From Bacillota bacterium (GTDB lineage: Bacteria > Bacillota > Negativicutes > Sporomusales > UBA7701), in contig JAEZLU010000079.1 in NCBI GenBank assembly GCA_023415075.1, positions 1 through 28,349 of the forward strand: 28,349 nucleotides of DNA. Reading direction: 5' to 3'. The notes beneath the pieces are model-generated. The model ran no database searches, was not told the DNA's origin, and saw nothing but the letters and a program-made list of their open reading frames with translations. Positions 5,531-16,413 of this stretch are shown here, piece by piece (position 1 is the first letter of the stretch; each line of letters begins with the position of its first letter). The translations under genes were made by a program, and so were the position numbers.

Positions 5531-7891
5531 TTATTTTAATTTTGCCACCGTTACGCCGTCGCCGCCTTCGCCGACTTCGCCGATGCGGATCTCCTTTATG
5601 CTGCGGTGGCCTTTCAGATATGCGCGCACACCCTTTTTCAGGGCGCCGGTGCCTTTTCCGTGGATGACGATAACTTCACTCAGGCCTGCCAGAATGGCGT
5701 CGTCGAGGAATTTGTCGAGGACTTCGGCCGCCTCGTCCACCGTCTGGCCGCGGATATCGATTTCCCGCACTGCGCTCTGCACCCTGGCCAGATCTACGTT
5801 GGCCCGGCCGGCCTTTTCCTTGATTCCGGCCGCCTGCTCGACCAGCCGACAGCTGGCCAGGGGTACATTCATTTTCATTATGCCTACCTGCACGCTAACC
5901 TCTTCGCCGGCCAGGGCCAGCACGGTTCCTTTCTGGCCAAGGGTGGTGACGTAGACGATTGCTCCCGGAACAAGGGTCTGGGCGGTAGCTTGCTGCCATT
6001 TTTCGGCCTTGTCGTCCTCCGCGAGGTCCCGTGCCCCCTCCATGCTTGCCCGCAGACGGCGGCGGGCGCCGTCGATGACCTGCTGGCGATCGCGCATCGA
6101 CTGAACGTTGAACTGGGCCTTGAGGTCGGCGATAACCGTCTCGGCTTCGCTACGGGCCTGGCGGAGAACCTTTTCGGCCTCGCTCTGGGCTTTGGCCAAG
6201 ATTTCGTTTTTCCTGGCGGCCAGCGTTTCCTGCTCATGGGTCAGGCTCTGCCGCAGTCTTTCGACCTCCTGCCGGAGTCTGAGGGCTTCGTCCTGGCGGT
6301 CGGCCAGCAGCCGCTTCTGTTCCTCCAGCGAGGTCAACACCTTGTCGAATTCGGCGTAGTCCTCGTCAATCAATTCCTGGGCCCGGCCGACGATAGCCCC
6401 GTCGAGGCCCAGGCGGCGGGAGATGAGAAAAGCCTTGCTGCTCCCGGGCAGGCCAATTTGCAAGCGATAGGTCGGCCGCAAAGTCTGTACATCAAATTCT
6501 ACGCTGGCGTTTTCAATTCCATGTCTGGCATAGGCAAAGGTTTTGAGTTCACTGTAATGGGTAGTGGCGATGACCCGCGTGCCCCGGCCGTATAGATATT
6601 CGAGAATGGCCATCGCCAGGGCCGCCCCTTCATCCGGGTCGGTACCGGCGCCGATCTCATCGATAAGCACAAGGTCGGCGGCGCCTACCTTGCCGAGAAT
6701 GCGGACAAGGTTGGTCATGTGGGCGGAAAATGTGCTTAGACTTTGCTCGATGCTCTGCTCGTCGCCGATATCGGCGAAGATGTTGGCGAAAACCGGCATC
6801 TCCGAGTCGGCCGCCGGGATGAACAGACCGGCCTGAGTCATCAGGGCGAACAGGCCGACCGTTTTCAGGGAAACCGTTTTGCCGCCGGTGTTGGGACCGG
6901 TTATGACCAGCACCCGGAACTCCTTGCCCACACGGACGTCGATCGGCACTACAACGTCGGACGGGATAAGCGGATGACGGGCCTGGCGAAGATGGACGTA
7001 GCCGGCGGTATTGAGGAGAGGCCGGCTGGCCCGCATGGCAATGGCCAGGCGCGCTTTGGCGATGGCGAAGTCGATTTGGCCGAGGGCCTGGCAGGTTGCC
7101 AGGAGAGCCTCGTATTCGCCGGCTACGCGGGCGGTCAGTTGGCGAAGAATACGCTCAATCTCGCTGACCTCGGCCGCCATCAGTTGCTTGAGGTCGTTAT
7201 TGAGGGTGACTACGGCCATCGGCTCGATGAAGACGGTGGCACCGCTGGCCGACTGGTCGTGAACAATGCCGGGAAAAGCATGCCGGTATTCCTGCTTGAC
7301 CGGGATGACGTAGCGGTCGCCGCGCATGGTGACAAGAGCGTCCTGGAAATATTTCTGATATTCGCTGGAGCGCAGGACATGGTCCAGCTTTTCCTTGACC
7401 CGGCTCTGGGTCACCCGGATCTCCCGCCGCAGGCGAGCCAGTTCGGGGCTGGCGGTGTCCTTGACAACCCCCTGGTCGCCGATGGCGTCGTCGATGGCCG
7501 TTTCCAGTGTGCGGAAGACACCGATGGCGGCGACGATTTCTTCCAGACGAGGCGACGGCTTGGTTTGCTCGTGAAAAAATTGCTTAAGTCGGCGGGCGGC
7601 GTAGAGAGTGCTGGCGATTGCCACAAAGTCGGCCGGCTCCAGGCTGGCGCCAATTTCGGCCCGCCGGAGCCGTTCGCGGATGTCGCGGATACCACCCAGG
7701 GGTACAGGTGCGCCGGCTACCAAGAGGTCGTAAGCCTCCTGGGTTTCGGCCAGCCGATCTTCCACCTCGGCGATGTCGCTTTCCGGCTCGAGGGCCTCAG
7801 CCAGTTCCCGGCCGAGAGCCGAACCGGTGGCCTCGGCCAGCATGGCCCGTATTTTATCGAACTCGAGGGTATGCAAAACAGCTGAATCCAT
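5531..7891 (-). CDS. mutS2: Endonuclease MutS2
   Basis: LEFDKI start, HDQSASGATVFIEP, Walker A GPNTGGKT, DEIGAGTDP, C-terminal Smr domain IHGKGTG. Confidence 0.97.
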   Translation of the reverse strand: MDSAVLHTLEFDKIRAMLAEATGSALGRELAEALEPESDIAEVEDRLAETQEAYDLLVAGAPVPLGGIRDIRERLRRAEIGASLEPADFVAIASTLYAARRLKQFFHEQTKPSPRLEEIVAAIGVFRTLETAIDDAIGDQGVVKDTASPELARLRREIRVTQSRVKEKLDHVLRSSEYQKYFQDALVTMRGDRYVIPVKQEYRHAFPGIVHDQSASGATVFIEPMAVVTLNNDLKQLMAAEVSEIERILRQLTARVAGEYEALLATCQALGQIDFAIAKARLAIAMRASRPLLNTAGYVHLRQARHPLIPSDVVVPIDVRVGKEFRVLVITGPNTGGKTVSLKTVGLFALMTQAGLFIPAADSEMPVFANIFADIGDEQSIEQSLSTFSAHMTNLVRILGKVGAADLVLIDEIGAGTDPDEGAALAMAILEYLYGRGTRVIATTHYSELKTFAYARHGIENASVEFDVQTLRPTYRLQIGLPGSSKAFLISRRLGLDGAIVGRAQELIDEDYAEFDKVLTSLEEQKRLLADRQDEALRLRQEVERLRQSLTHEQETLAARKNEILAKAQSEAEKVLRQARSEAETVIADLKAQFNVQSMRDRQQVIDGARRRLRASMEGARDLAEDDKAEKWQQATAQTLVPGAIVYVTTLGQKGTVLALAGEEVSVQVGIMKMNVPLASCRLVEQAAGIKEKAGRANVDLARVQSAVREIDIRGQTVDEAAEVLDKFLDDAILAGLSEVIVIHGKGTGALKKGVRAYLKGHRSIKEIRIGEVGEGGDGVTVAKLK

Positions 7892-7925
7892 ATTTTCTCC
7901 TCTTTCAATAAAGCAGATCGAGTTA

Positions 7926-7969
7926 GGCCGTTCAGAAGCCGCCTAGTCTATGGTGGCTTCTGAGCGGCC
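7926..7969. other. 18 bp stem-loop between the U32 gene and mutS2
   Basis: GGCCGTTCAGAAGCCGCC-TAGTCTAT-GGTGGCTTCTGAGCGGCC. Confidence 0.75.
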
Positions 7970-7971
7970 GT

Positions 7972-10455
7972 TTACAGCACGCCGCGGAAATAGTGGCCGC
8001 GGGTAATATCCTCGTGCTCCACATCCTTCAGCCGATCGCCGGCTATTAAAGGATGGTTTTCGCCCTGGTCGATGAGGCCGCGGTAGAGGGCGGTCATTTC
8101 AGCCACATGTTCGGCCGAGGCCGCCTTGCCTTCGATGCGGATACGGGCCAGGCCGCTGCGGGCCAACCGCGGTACATGGGGCAGCATACTGAGTTCTTTG
8201 GCGTTCTGGAGGTGCATGCGGCAGTGCTGGTCGGTCATCACCCGGAAGGTTTCCCCCAGGCGGTCTTTCAGCCAGTGGGGCCCACCCAGGCAGGGGCGGC
8301 TGCAGCGGCCGCTGTGCAGGCCGCCGCGGAATGCACCGAGAACGCAGTACTCGGATATCATCAGGGTGAGAAAGCCGTGAACCAGGCATTCGAGCTCCAG
8401 CGGCTCGCCGGCCAAGGCCTCGACCTGACCGAAATTCAGCTCAGGCGACAGAGTAAGGCTTGTCAGGCCCTGACCGGCCAGGAAGCGAATGGCCGCGGTG
8501 TTATAGATATTAAGCGGCCAGTCGCCGTGGACGCTCAGGCCTGGTCGCCGGTTAACAAGCTCGAGCGTGCCGAGGTTGGCCACGCTGACAGCGTCCGGCG
8601 ACAGCTCGCGAAAAAGTTCGAAGTCGGCCTCCAGGGAAGGCATCTGCGACTCAAGCACCAGCCGGGGGGTGTTCAGGATAACGGCGAGGCCGCGGGCGCG
8701 GGCCAGAGCCACCACCCGCCGGTAGTCGTCGGCGGTCACCGGCCGGCCGGCAAAGCTCTCGCCGCCGAACATGACGATGTCGGCGCCGTTATTGGCAGCG
8801 GCAGCCGCTTTTTCATAGGTATCGACATTGACGGCCAGCCGCAGTCTGCCTCGCCGGCCGTCAGCGGCCGGCCGGAACTCGGCCGGGTCCACGCGGACCG
8901 AAAGCGGCGGCCTGGCGTAGCGGGCCAGCCTGGCCTTCTCCAGTTCCTCCACCGCCTGGCGCCTGGCCTCGTTAATTTCACTTACAGGTACCATGACCTC
9001 GCCGGTGATATCGCAGTCCAGGCCCTGCAGCACGAAGGCCGTAGTCCCCAGACGACCGACCTGGTTAGCTATCGTATCAACCGTAAGCGGCCTTTTTATG
9101 GCCTTTTCCGCCAGGAACGCCGTCTGGCCGCAGCCGCGGTTGCCGGCATCGTCGCTGTAGGTGATGGCCAGCGGCCGGCCTTCGGCCACGGTTACCTTGG
9201 CGTCGACGCCAACACGACGGACCTTGCCGGCGATCAAGCCACGGGCTTTTTCCATCAGTTTTGCGTCGAAGGTTTTGAAGACCCTGTCGCCAACCCGCAC
9301 GGGGCTGTCGACCGGAATGACTACAGTGGCCTGGGCCGACGCCGTCTCGGCCGGCTTTCCGTCCACCGTCAGCGCCGTCACTGTGGCGCTCGTCCGACCG
9401 CCCACCTTGACCCAGAACTCGACGATGTCGCCCAGGCCCAGCGGCTCGTCCAGCTTGATGGCGGCCATCCTCTTGCCGGCGTCGTAGCCTACGACCCGGC
9501 CGATGCGCACGCCGCGGTTATTGGGCCGGCGGTCGCTCATCATGTTCTTGCCCTGTTTGCCGAAAAGGTAGGCGGTGGTGAAGCCCCGGTTAAATACCTG
9601 GGCCATGTCTTTCTCTGCCTGGGCCGGCACCTCGAAACCGGCTTTATTAGCCAGGTAACCGTCGATGGCCCGCCGGTAGCTGTCGACAACCACGGCCACA
9701 TACTCGGGCCGCTTCATCCGGCCCTCGATCTTGAAGGAACTGACTCCGGCCTCGATGAGGTCGGGGATATGGGCAAGGGTGTTGAAGTCTTTCGGGCTGA
9801 GCAGGTACTCACCGGCATCCTGGCCGCTCAGAAGGTCCCGGCCGGCAGTATCGACCAAAGTGTACGGCAGACGGCAAGGCTGGGCGCAGCGCCCTCGATT
9901 GCCGCTGCGACCGCCGATCATGCTGCTCATCAGACACTGGCCGGAATACGAGATGCACAGGGCCCCATGGATGAAGGTCTCGATTTCGATTGGCGAATGG
10001 CGACAGATGTGGCGGATATCGGCCAGCGACAATTCCCGGGCCAGGATGGCCCGGCTGAAGCCCTGGCGGGCCATAAACTCCACCCCGGCCAAGTTATGGA
10101 TGGTCATCTGAGTGCTGGCGTGAAGCGGCAGGCCTGGCACCACCCGGCGGGCAACGGCGGCCACGCCGATATCCTGAAGGATGGCAGCGTCCACGCCACA
10201 TTCGTAGAGATGGCCGAGGTAATCGATCAGGGCGGGAATTTCCTCGTTATCAATGAGGGTATTGACGGTAACGTAAATCGCCACGCCGACAAGATGGGCT
10301 TCCCGCACCACCTCGGCCAATTCTTCGTCGTTGAAATTGGCCGCATAGGCGCGGGCCCCGAAGGCGCGCCCGCCCAGATACACGGCGTCGGCCCCGCTGG
10401 CGACCGCGGCGTTGAAGGCTTCCCGGCTGCCGGCCGGGGCCAATAGTTCTGCCAT
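7972..10455 (-). CDS. U32 family protein with DUF3656 domain (RlhA-like, probable RNA hydroxylase)
   Basis: ELLAPAGS, HASTQM, HGALCISYSGQC..S...GGRSGNRGRCAQPCR, SFKIEGRMK, C-terminal TRGHYFRGV. Confidence 0.9.
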   Translation of the reverse strand: MAELLAPAGSREAFNAAVASGADAVYLGGRAFGARAYAANFNDEELAEVVREAHLVGVAIYVTVNTLIDNEEIPALIDYLGHLYECGVDAAILQDIGVAAVARRVVPGLPLHASTQMTIHNLAGVEFMARQGFSRAILARELSLADIRHICRHSPIEIETFIHGALCISYSGQCLMSSMIGGRSGNRGRCAQPCRLPYTLVDTAGRDLLSGQDAGEYLLSPKDFNTLAHIPDLIEAGVSSFKIEGRMKRPEYVAVVVDSYRRAIDGYLANKAGFEVPAQAEKDMAQVFNRGFTTAYLFGKQGKNMMSDRRPNNRGVRIGRVVGYDAGKRMAAIKLDEPLGLGDIVEFWVKVGGRTSATVTALTVDGKPAETASAQATVVIPVDSPVRVGDRVFKTFDAKLMEKARGLIAGKVRRVGVDAKVTVAEGRPLAITYSDDAGNRGCGQTAFLAEKAIKRPLTVDTIANQVGRLGTTAFVLQGLDCDITGEVMVPVSEINEARRQAVEELEKARLARYARPPLSVRVDPAEFRPAADGRRGRLRLAVNVDTYEKAAAAANNGADIVMFGGESFAGRPVTADDYRRVVALARARGLAVILNTPRLVLESQMPSLEADFELFRELSPDAVSVANLGTLELVNRRPGLSVHGDWPLNIYNTAAIRFLAGQGLTSLTLSPELNFGQVEALAGEPLELECLVHGFLTLMISEYCVLGAFRGGLHSGRCSRPCLGGPHWLKDRLGETFRVMTDQHCRMHLQNAKELSMLPHVPRLARSGLARIRIEGKAASAEHVAEMTALYRGLIDQGENHPLIAGDRLKDVEHEDITRGHYFRGVL

Positions 10456-11366
10456 TATGCTCCACCTTCTTTGATATAAGCGATTATAGCCGGTTTGATA
10501 TCGGTCAGATCGCCGATGGCGGCGGCGACCTGCCGGCAGCCCGGCCCGAACAGGATGGTCGGTACGGCGTTCAGGGTATGGGTTTTTACGGACAAGTCCT
10601 CAAAATTGCCATGGTCGCTGGTGATCATGACCAGGGTTTCACCGGCCGCCTGCTTCACTGCAGCAAGAAAACCGTCCAGGACGCCGACGATTTTTTCGGC
10701 CTCGGCCCAGTCGACCTTGTGGCCGCGGCGATCGGTCTGAAAGTACTCGAATAAAGTAAAGCTGTGCCGAGCTGCGATGGCCGTCAGGCGTTCACCGGCC
10801 AGGGCCGGGCTGACCGCCGGGATGTCGGTCACGCCGAAAGCGGGCAACATCTCGTTGGTTATATCCTGATAAACGGCCTCGCCGGCGGCCATATCGGCAG
10901 GTGAGCGCAGCCGCTGGCCGCTGCCGAGGATGGTCAGCGTGCTGGCCGAGTGGCGCCGCTTTCTTGTGGCCACCAGTTCCTGGTAATTGGCGGTGTACAT
11001 ATTGGCCGAAGTAACGCTGTAGCCGGCGGCCGCAAGTTCTCCCATGATGCCGTGGGCGACGATGATCGCCGTCAGCTCCGGGCCGGGGAAGCCGAGTATA
11101 TGCCGGCCCATTTGCCGAGGCGCGTTGACGCCGGTGAAGATTGCCGTCTGGCCGGTCGCGCTCTGCGGCAGACCGGCGACCCCCAGCCTGGCGTCGGTCG
11201 GCACAAGGCAAACATTATCGCTGATAATTCGGCCCAGTTTGCCGGTAAGCGGCTGGCCGAACAGGCGGCGGAAAAACGGCGGATCGAAGCGAACCAGCGG
11301 GTTGACGGCCGGGTCGTCAGCCCCCAGCCCGAGGCCGTCGATAAATATCAATAATACTTTTCGCAC
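10455..11366 (-). CDS. Alkaline-phosphatase-superfamily metalloenzyme (iPGM/phosphopentomutase-like); start uncertain (11366, 11375 or 11393)
   Basis: FIDGLG, PQSATGQT (Ser nucleophile), TDRRGH, ITSDHGN, HTLN. Stop overlaps the U32 start (TAATG). Confidence 0.8.
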   Translation of the reverse strand: MRKVLLIFIDGLGLGADDPAVNPLVRFDPPFFRRLFGQPLTGKLGRIISDNVCLVPTDARLGVAGLPQSATGQTAIFTGVNAPRQMGRHILGFPGPELTAIIVAHGIMGELAAAGYSVTSANMYTANYQELVATRKRRHSASTLTILGSGQRLRSPADMAAGEAVYQDITNEMLPAFGVTDIPAVSPALAGERLTAIAARHSFTLFEYFQTDRRGHKVDWAEAEKIVGVLDGFLAAVKQAAGETLVMITSDHGNFEDLSVKTHTLNAVPTILFGPGCRQVAAAIGDLTDIKPAIIAYIKEGGA

Positions 11367-11397
11367 TGCAGCCACAACTTTCCTGTCCCCCATACAC

Positions 11398-11422
11398 AAA
11401 AGAAGAAGGGTACACCCTTCCT
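11398..11422 (-). terminator. Probable terminator after the DUF421 gene
   Basis: Minus strand AGGAAGGG-TGTA-CCCTTCTT-CTTTTT. Confidence 0.55.
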
Positions 11423-12090
11423 CACTGGAAATCTTCGGCCGGTGGCCGGGCCGACGGGGTCTCGCCGGCAGCCATCTGCGGCTGGTTTTTTATATATTCC
11501 GCCAACACCCGCACGTCGGCTGCCAGTTGGTCCAGTTTGGCCCACCCGGCGCCCTGGGGGCTGAGCGGATTATCGGAAAGGCTGTTGATGAAATTTTTCA
11601 GGTCACGCCTGGTTAACGGCTCAATATCGTCCATCTTGATGATGGAAAAGTCGCCGCAGCTCTCCAGGCGGGCCAGCTTGATGTTAGGCAGGTCGGCAAA
11701 GTCGAGCCCCTGCTTGTGCAGTTCCTGTCGGAGGTCATCAAGATTGAACTGCGTTTTGGTCAGATTCTCCTCAAGTATTCGGCCGTTCTCGATAAGCTCC
11801 ACCGGTGTACCTTCAAACCATTTGCGCAGCACCCGGCTTTTCAGCGAAGACCACGACAGCAGTTTCTGGAGAATGAGCAGGCCGATGAGCGCCTCGGCAC
11901 CGGTAAATACGTTAGTCTGCCGGTCGAGAGCCACATTGCCGACGATGTCGCCGATGCCGACCATCAGCACAAAATCGAAAGGCGAAAACTGGCCGACCGT
12001 CCGGTTGCCCATAAGGCGGACAACAATCAGAGCGGCGATGAATATTACGCCCATCTCCAGGAGAACGTTGCCGACATTACCAAGCTCCAC
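11422..12090 (-). CDS. DUF421 (YetF family) membrane protein
   Basis: RLMGNRTVGQFSPFDFV, EGTPVELIENG, ARLESCGDFSII; GTG start with SD AAGGGGTG. Confidence 0.88.
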   Translation of the reverse strand: MELGNVGNVLLEMGVIFIAALIVVRLMGNRTVGQFSPFDFVLMVGIGDIVGNVALDRQTNVFTGAEALIGLLILQKLLSWSSLKSRVLRKWFEGTPVELIENGRILEENLTKTQFNLDDLRQELHKQGLDFADLPNIKLARLESCGDFSIIKMDDIEPLTRRDLKNFINSLSDNPLSPQGAGWAKLDQLAADVRVLAEYIKNQPQMAAGETPSARPPAEDFQ

Positions 12091-12113
12091 TGCTTACCAC
12101 CCCTTCTGCCTGT

Positions 12114-12143
12114 TATTATCTGCAGGCAGCGGGAAGGGTATAC
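12114..12143 (-). promoter_or_regulatory. sigmaF/sigmaG-like forespore promoter for DUF421
   Basis: GTATA-15 nt-GCAGATAATA. Confidence 0.65.
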
Positions 12144-12157
12144 CGCCGCGGTCGGCA

Positions 12158-12415
12158 TCAGGCCTTGCCGCGGTTCATGATGGCGACGAGTTTGCGGTAA
12201 TCTTCCTGCAAGCGGAGAAGCTCATCGGCGATGTTGAGGGCGGTAAGGACAGCGACTTTGGCGGCCGGCAGCCGCCGGTTGTGACCGGCCGTCTCCTTCA
12301 TGCGCGCGTCGAGGAAAAATGCTACCTGAACTATTCGCCCGAGGTCGGCTTCGCTCTTCAGGGGGTAGGCTTCACCGTAGATCTCCACCGTGACCTTGTT
12401 TTTCAGCGCTTCCAT
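12158..12415 (-). CDS. zapA: Cell division protein ZapA
   Basis: NKVTVEIYGEAYPL...KVAVLTALNIADEL; downstream of pheT; ATG 12415 with SD AGGGGTG. Confidence 0.92.
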   Translation of the reverse strand: MEALKNKVTVEIYGEAYPLKSEADLGRIVQVAFFLDARMKETAGHNRRLPAAKVAVLTALNIADELLRLQEDYRKLVAIMNRGKA

Positions 12416-12449
12416 TATTTCACCCCTGTTCACCGGCTTCTGTATCTAA

Positions 12450-12477
12450 ATTTCGCTCAAACCGACAATATTCCTGC
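12450..12477 (-). promoter_or_regulatory. sigmaH-like promoter for zapA
   Basis: GCAGGAATA-11 nt-AGCGAAAT. Confidence 0.45.
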
Positions 12478-12478
12478 C

Positions 12479-12510
12479 AAAAAGAGGCAGCCCCGGGGGG
12501 CTGCCTCTTT
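12479..12510 (-). terminator. pheST terminator
   Basis: AAAGAGGCAGCCCC-loop-GGGGCTGCCTCTTTTT. Confidence 0.85.
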
Positions 12511-12511
12511 G

Positions 12512-14944
12512 TTACACGCGCAGTTTTGCCGATACGGCTTTTTCCAGGTGGTCGACAATCTTGCGGTAATGACCTTCGACCTCCTCGTCGGTCAGCGTCC
12601 GGTCAGCCGTCCGAAATACGAGGGCGAAGGCCAGGCTTTTGGCCCCGGCCGGCACCTGCTCGCCGGTATACATATCAAACAGGCGGACATCGGCCAGGAG
12701 TTCGCCGCCGCTGGCGGCGATCGCCGCCGCCACCTGGCTGGCGGGTACGCTGGCCGGCAGGACGACCGCCAGGTCGCGGGCGATAGCCGGGAAACGCGGC
12801 AGCGGCCTGTAGTCGCCGACCAGAGCGGCGTGCTTCACAAGCATGGCGACGTCAAGTTCGAACAGGCAGACCCGGCGGCTCAGGCCGAATGCGTCCAGTA
12901 CTTTTGGATGGGCCTCGCCAACCGCTCCCAGGAGGTCACCGTCCTTGACGAATATGGCGGTCTTCCCGGGATGCATCGCAATAGCTTCGCCAAGTTCAAC
13001 CGAATAACCGCTGATGCCCAGTTTCGCCAGCAGCGCCTCCACTGTCCCCTTGGCGTCGTAGAAGTCTACTGTCTCCCGCCCCTGGTTCCAGGCCAGCTCG
13101 AAGCGTTTGCCACTCATGGCGCCGCAAAGCATAACCGGTTCGGCCGGCAGCGAGGTCAGCGGCAGGCATTCCGGCCGGTACACCGCTCCGACCTCGTAGA
13201 TCTTAAGGTCGTCGTTCTTGCGGGCCAGGTTGCCGGCAACCGTCTGCAGCACCCCGCCCATCAGGGTAGTCTTCAAGATCGGGAACTCGTCGGTTATTGG
13301 GTTTAGGATGGGGATGGCCCGGCGCAGCTCGCTGTCGGCCGGCAAATCCAGCTTGTCGAATACGGCCGGATGGGAGAAGCTGAAATTAATGGCCTCGCTG
13401 AATCCGAGAGCGGTAAGGCCGTCTTTTACCCGGTCGATGATCGCCTGGGCGTAGCTCTGGGTGCCCGGTTTGGTTACACCATAGGGAATGGTCGTGGGAA
13501 TATTGTCATAGCCCCAGACGCGGGCTATCTCCTCGCTGATGTCGGCCGGGCGGCTGACGTCGCCGCGCCAGGTCGGAACAGTGACCGTGATTTTATCGGC
13601 CTTGACGTCAACCTCAAACTCCAGTCGCTTAAGAATGTTCACCATTGTCGCCTGGGGCACTTCGACCCCCAGCCGGCTGTTGATCTGCGCGGCCGTAAAA
13701 CTGACCTGGCGAGGCAATTGGACATCCGGGTAGACATCGATAACCCCCGGGCAGACTGTGCAGGCCCCCATCTCCTCCAGCAACTGAGCGGCCCGATCGA
13801 GCGGCCGGATGATGTCGGCGGTGTTGATGCCGCGTTCGTAGCGGCCCGAGGCCTCGGACCGCAATCCGAGGGCCTTCGAGGTCCGGCGGATGCTCGCGCC
13901 GTTGAAAGAAGCGGCCTCCAGCAGCACAGTGCGGGTGCCGGACGTCACCTCGGTGGCCAGGCCGCCCATTACGCCGGCGACGCCTACCGCCTGCACGGCG
14001 TCGGCGATGACCAGCATATCGGGGCTTAGCTCGCGTTTGCTGCCGTCGAGGGTGGTAATCCGTTCGCCGGGATTGGCCCGGCGGGCGGTTAGGCTGTGCT
14101 TAGCCAGCAGGTTGTAGTCGTAGGCATGCATCGGCTGGCCCATTTCCATCATGACAAAGTTGGTGACGTCGACAACATTGCTGATCGGGCGCATACCGGC
14201 CGCCTGAACGCGCCGCTGCAGCCAGGCCGGCGAGGGGCCGATCTTGACGTTCTGGAAGATCCGGCCGCAGAAGCGGGGGCAGAGCGATGGATCCTCGATA
14301 GCGATGGTTGCCAGGCTGGTAGCCTTTTCCTGACCCTCTTCCTTCAGGGCGAGCATCGGCTTCTTCAGGGTACCGCCGGTCAGCGCCGCCACCTCGCGGG
14401 CCAGGCCGATGACGCTGAAGCAGTCGGCCCGGTTGGGCGTTAACTCTAATTCAAGGATGACGTCGTCGAGGCCCATGGCCGTCAGCGCGTCTGCGCCAAC
14501 CGGCGTATCGGCCGGCAGGATGTAGATGCCATCCCGCATCTCCGGCGGCACAATCTTGGCATCCATACCAAGTTCATCAGCCGAGCAGAGCATCCCCTGG
14601 GAAGCGACGCCACGGAAGTTGGCGGCGTCGATCGACAGGCCGCCGGCAAGCTTGGCCCCCACCAGAGCCACCGGCACAATCGCCCCTACCGTCAGATTGG
14701 TGGCACCGGTTACGACGGTCAGCGGTTCGCCCCGACCGATGTCAACCTTGCAGACCAGCAGCTTGTCAGCATTGGGATGGGCGGTCAGCTCGGCGATCCG
14801 GCCGGTAACGATATTCTCCAGGCCGCGCCCGGGATATTCGATATTCTCCACCGGTACGCCGGCCATTGTCAGCAGGTTGGCCAACTCTTCCGGCGACTGG
14901 TTGAAATCTACGTAATCTTTAAGCCATTTTATCGAAGTTCGCAT
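12512..14944 (-). CDS. pheT: Phenylalanine-tRNA ligase beta subunit
   Basis: HPNADKL, TPNRADC, RPISNVVDVTN, GQPMHAYD, C-terminal FDX-ACB domain. Confidence 0.98.
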   Translation of the reverse strand: MRTSIKWLKDYVDFNQSPEELANLLTMAGVPVENIEYPGRGLENIVTGRIAELTAHPNADKLLVCKVDIGRGEPLTVVTGATNLTVGAIVPVALVGAKLAGGLSIDAANFRGVASQGMLCSADELGMDAKIVPPEMRDGIYILPADTPVGADALTAMGLDDVILELELTPNRADCFSVIGLAREVAALTGGTLKKPMLALKEEGQEKATSLATIAIEDPSLCPRFCGRIFQNVKIGPSPAWLQRRVQAAGMRPISNVVDVTNFVMMEMGQPMHAYDYNLLAKHSLTARRANPGERITTLDGSKRELSPDMLVIADAVQAVGVAGVMGGLATEVTSGTRTVLLEAASFNGASIRRTSKALGLRSEASGRYERGINTADIIRPLDRAAQLLEEMGACTVCPGVIDVYPDVQLPRQVSFTAAQINSRLGVEVPQATMVNILKRLEFEVDVKADKITVTVPTWRGDVSRPADISEEIARVWGYDNIPTTIPYGVTKPGTQSYAQAIIDRVKDGLTALGFSEAINFSFSHPAVFDKLDLPADSELRRAIPILNPITDEFPILKTTLMGGVLQTVAGNLARKNDDLKIYEVGAVYRPECLPLTSLPAEPVMLCGAMSGKRFELAWNQGRETVDFYDAKGTVEALLAKLGISGYSVELGEAIAMHPGKTAIFVKDGDLLGAVGEAHPKVLDAFGLSRRVCLFELDVAMLVKHAALVGDYRPLPRFPAIARDLAVVLPASVPASQVAAAIAASGGELLADVRLFDMYTGEQVPAGAKSLAFALVFRTADRTLTDEEVEGHYRKIVDHLEKAVSAKLRV

Positions 14945-14955
14945 TGGCCGTCCCC

Positions 14956-16234
<1,279 letters not shown>

Positions 16235-16239
16235 AGCTA

Positions 16240-16332
16240 TTATTGGACCATCAGTCTTTTATACAGCAAATACGCAGCAATGGAACCAGTGGCTTCGAAC
16301 ATCCTCCAGAAGAAATCGGCGGTCACCAGCAC
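16240..16332 (-). CDS. YqzL-like 30 aa protein MLVTADFFWRMFEATGSIAAYLLYKRLMVQ
   Basis: Hand-translated. F-x-W-x-x-F-x-x-TG-x-I-x-x-YLL-x-K pattern of the YqzL family; GTG start with SD GAGGGTG. Confidence 0.8.
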   Translation of the reverse strand: MLVTADFFWRMFEATGSIAAYLLYKRLMVQ

Positions 16333-16384
16333 GAGACCACACCCTCTCTGCCTATCTTGGTAATTACAGGTCATTGCTAAACGT

Positions 16385-16413
16385 ATTATAGCACATAGCC
16401 TGATAAATTACAA
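16385..16413 (-). promoter_or_regulatory. sigmaA promoter for yqzL-like/T-box/pheST
   Basis: TTGTAA-17 nt-TATAAT with extended TGn. Confidence 0.75.

Noticed and set aside
8053..10446. 797 aa plus-strand ORF, and other long antisense ORFs such as 5606-6595, 6743-7885 and 11537-13306
   Set aside because: Shadow frames of GC-rich genes; they overlap well-supported minus-strand genes and show no recognisable motifs.
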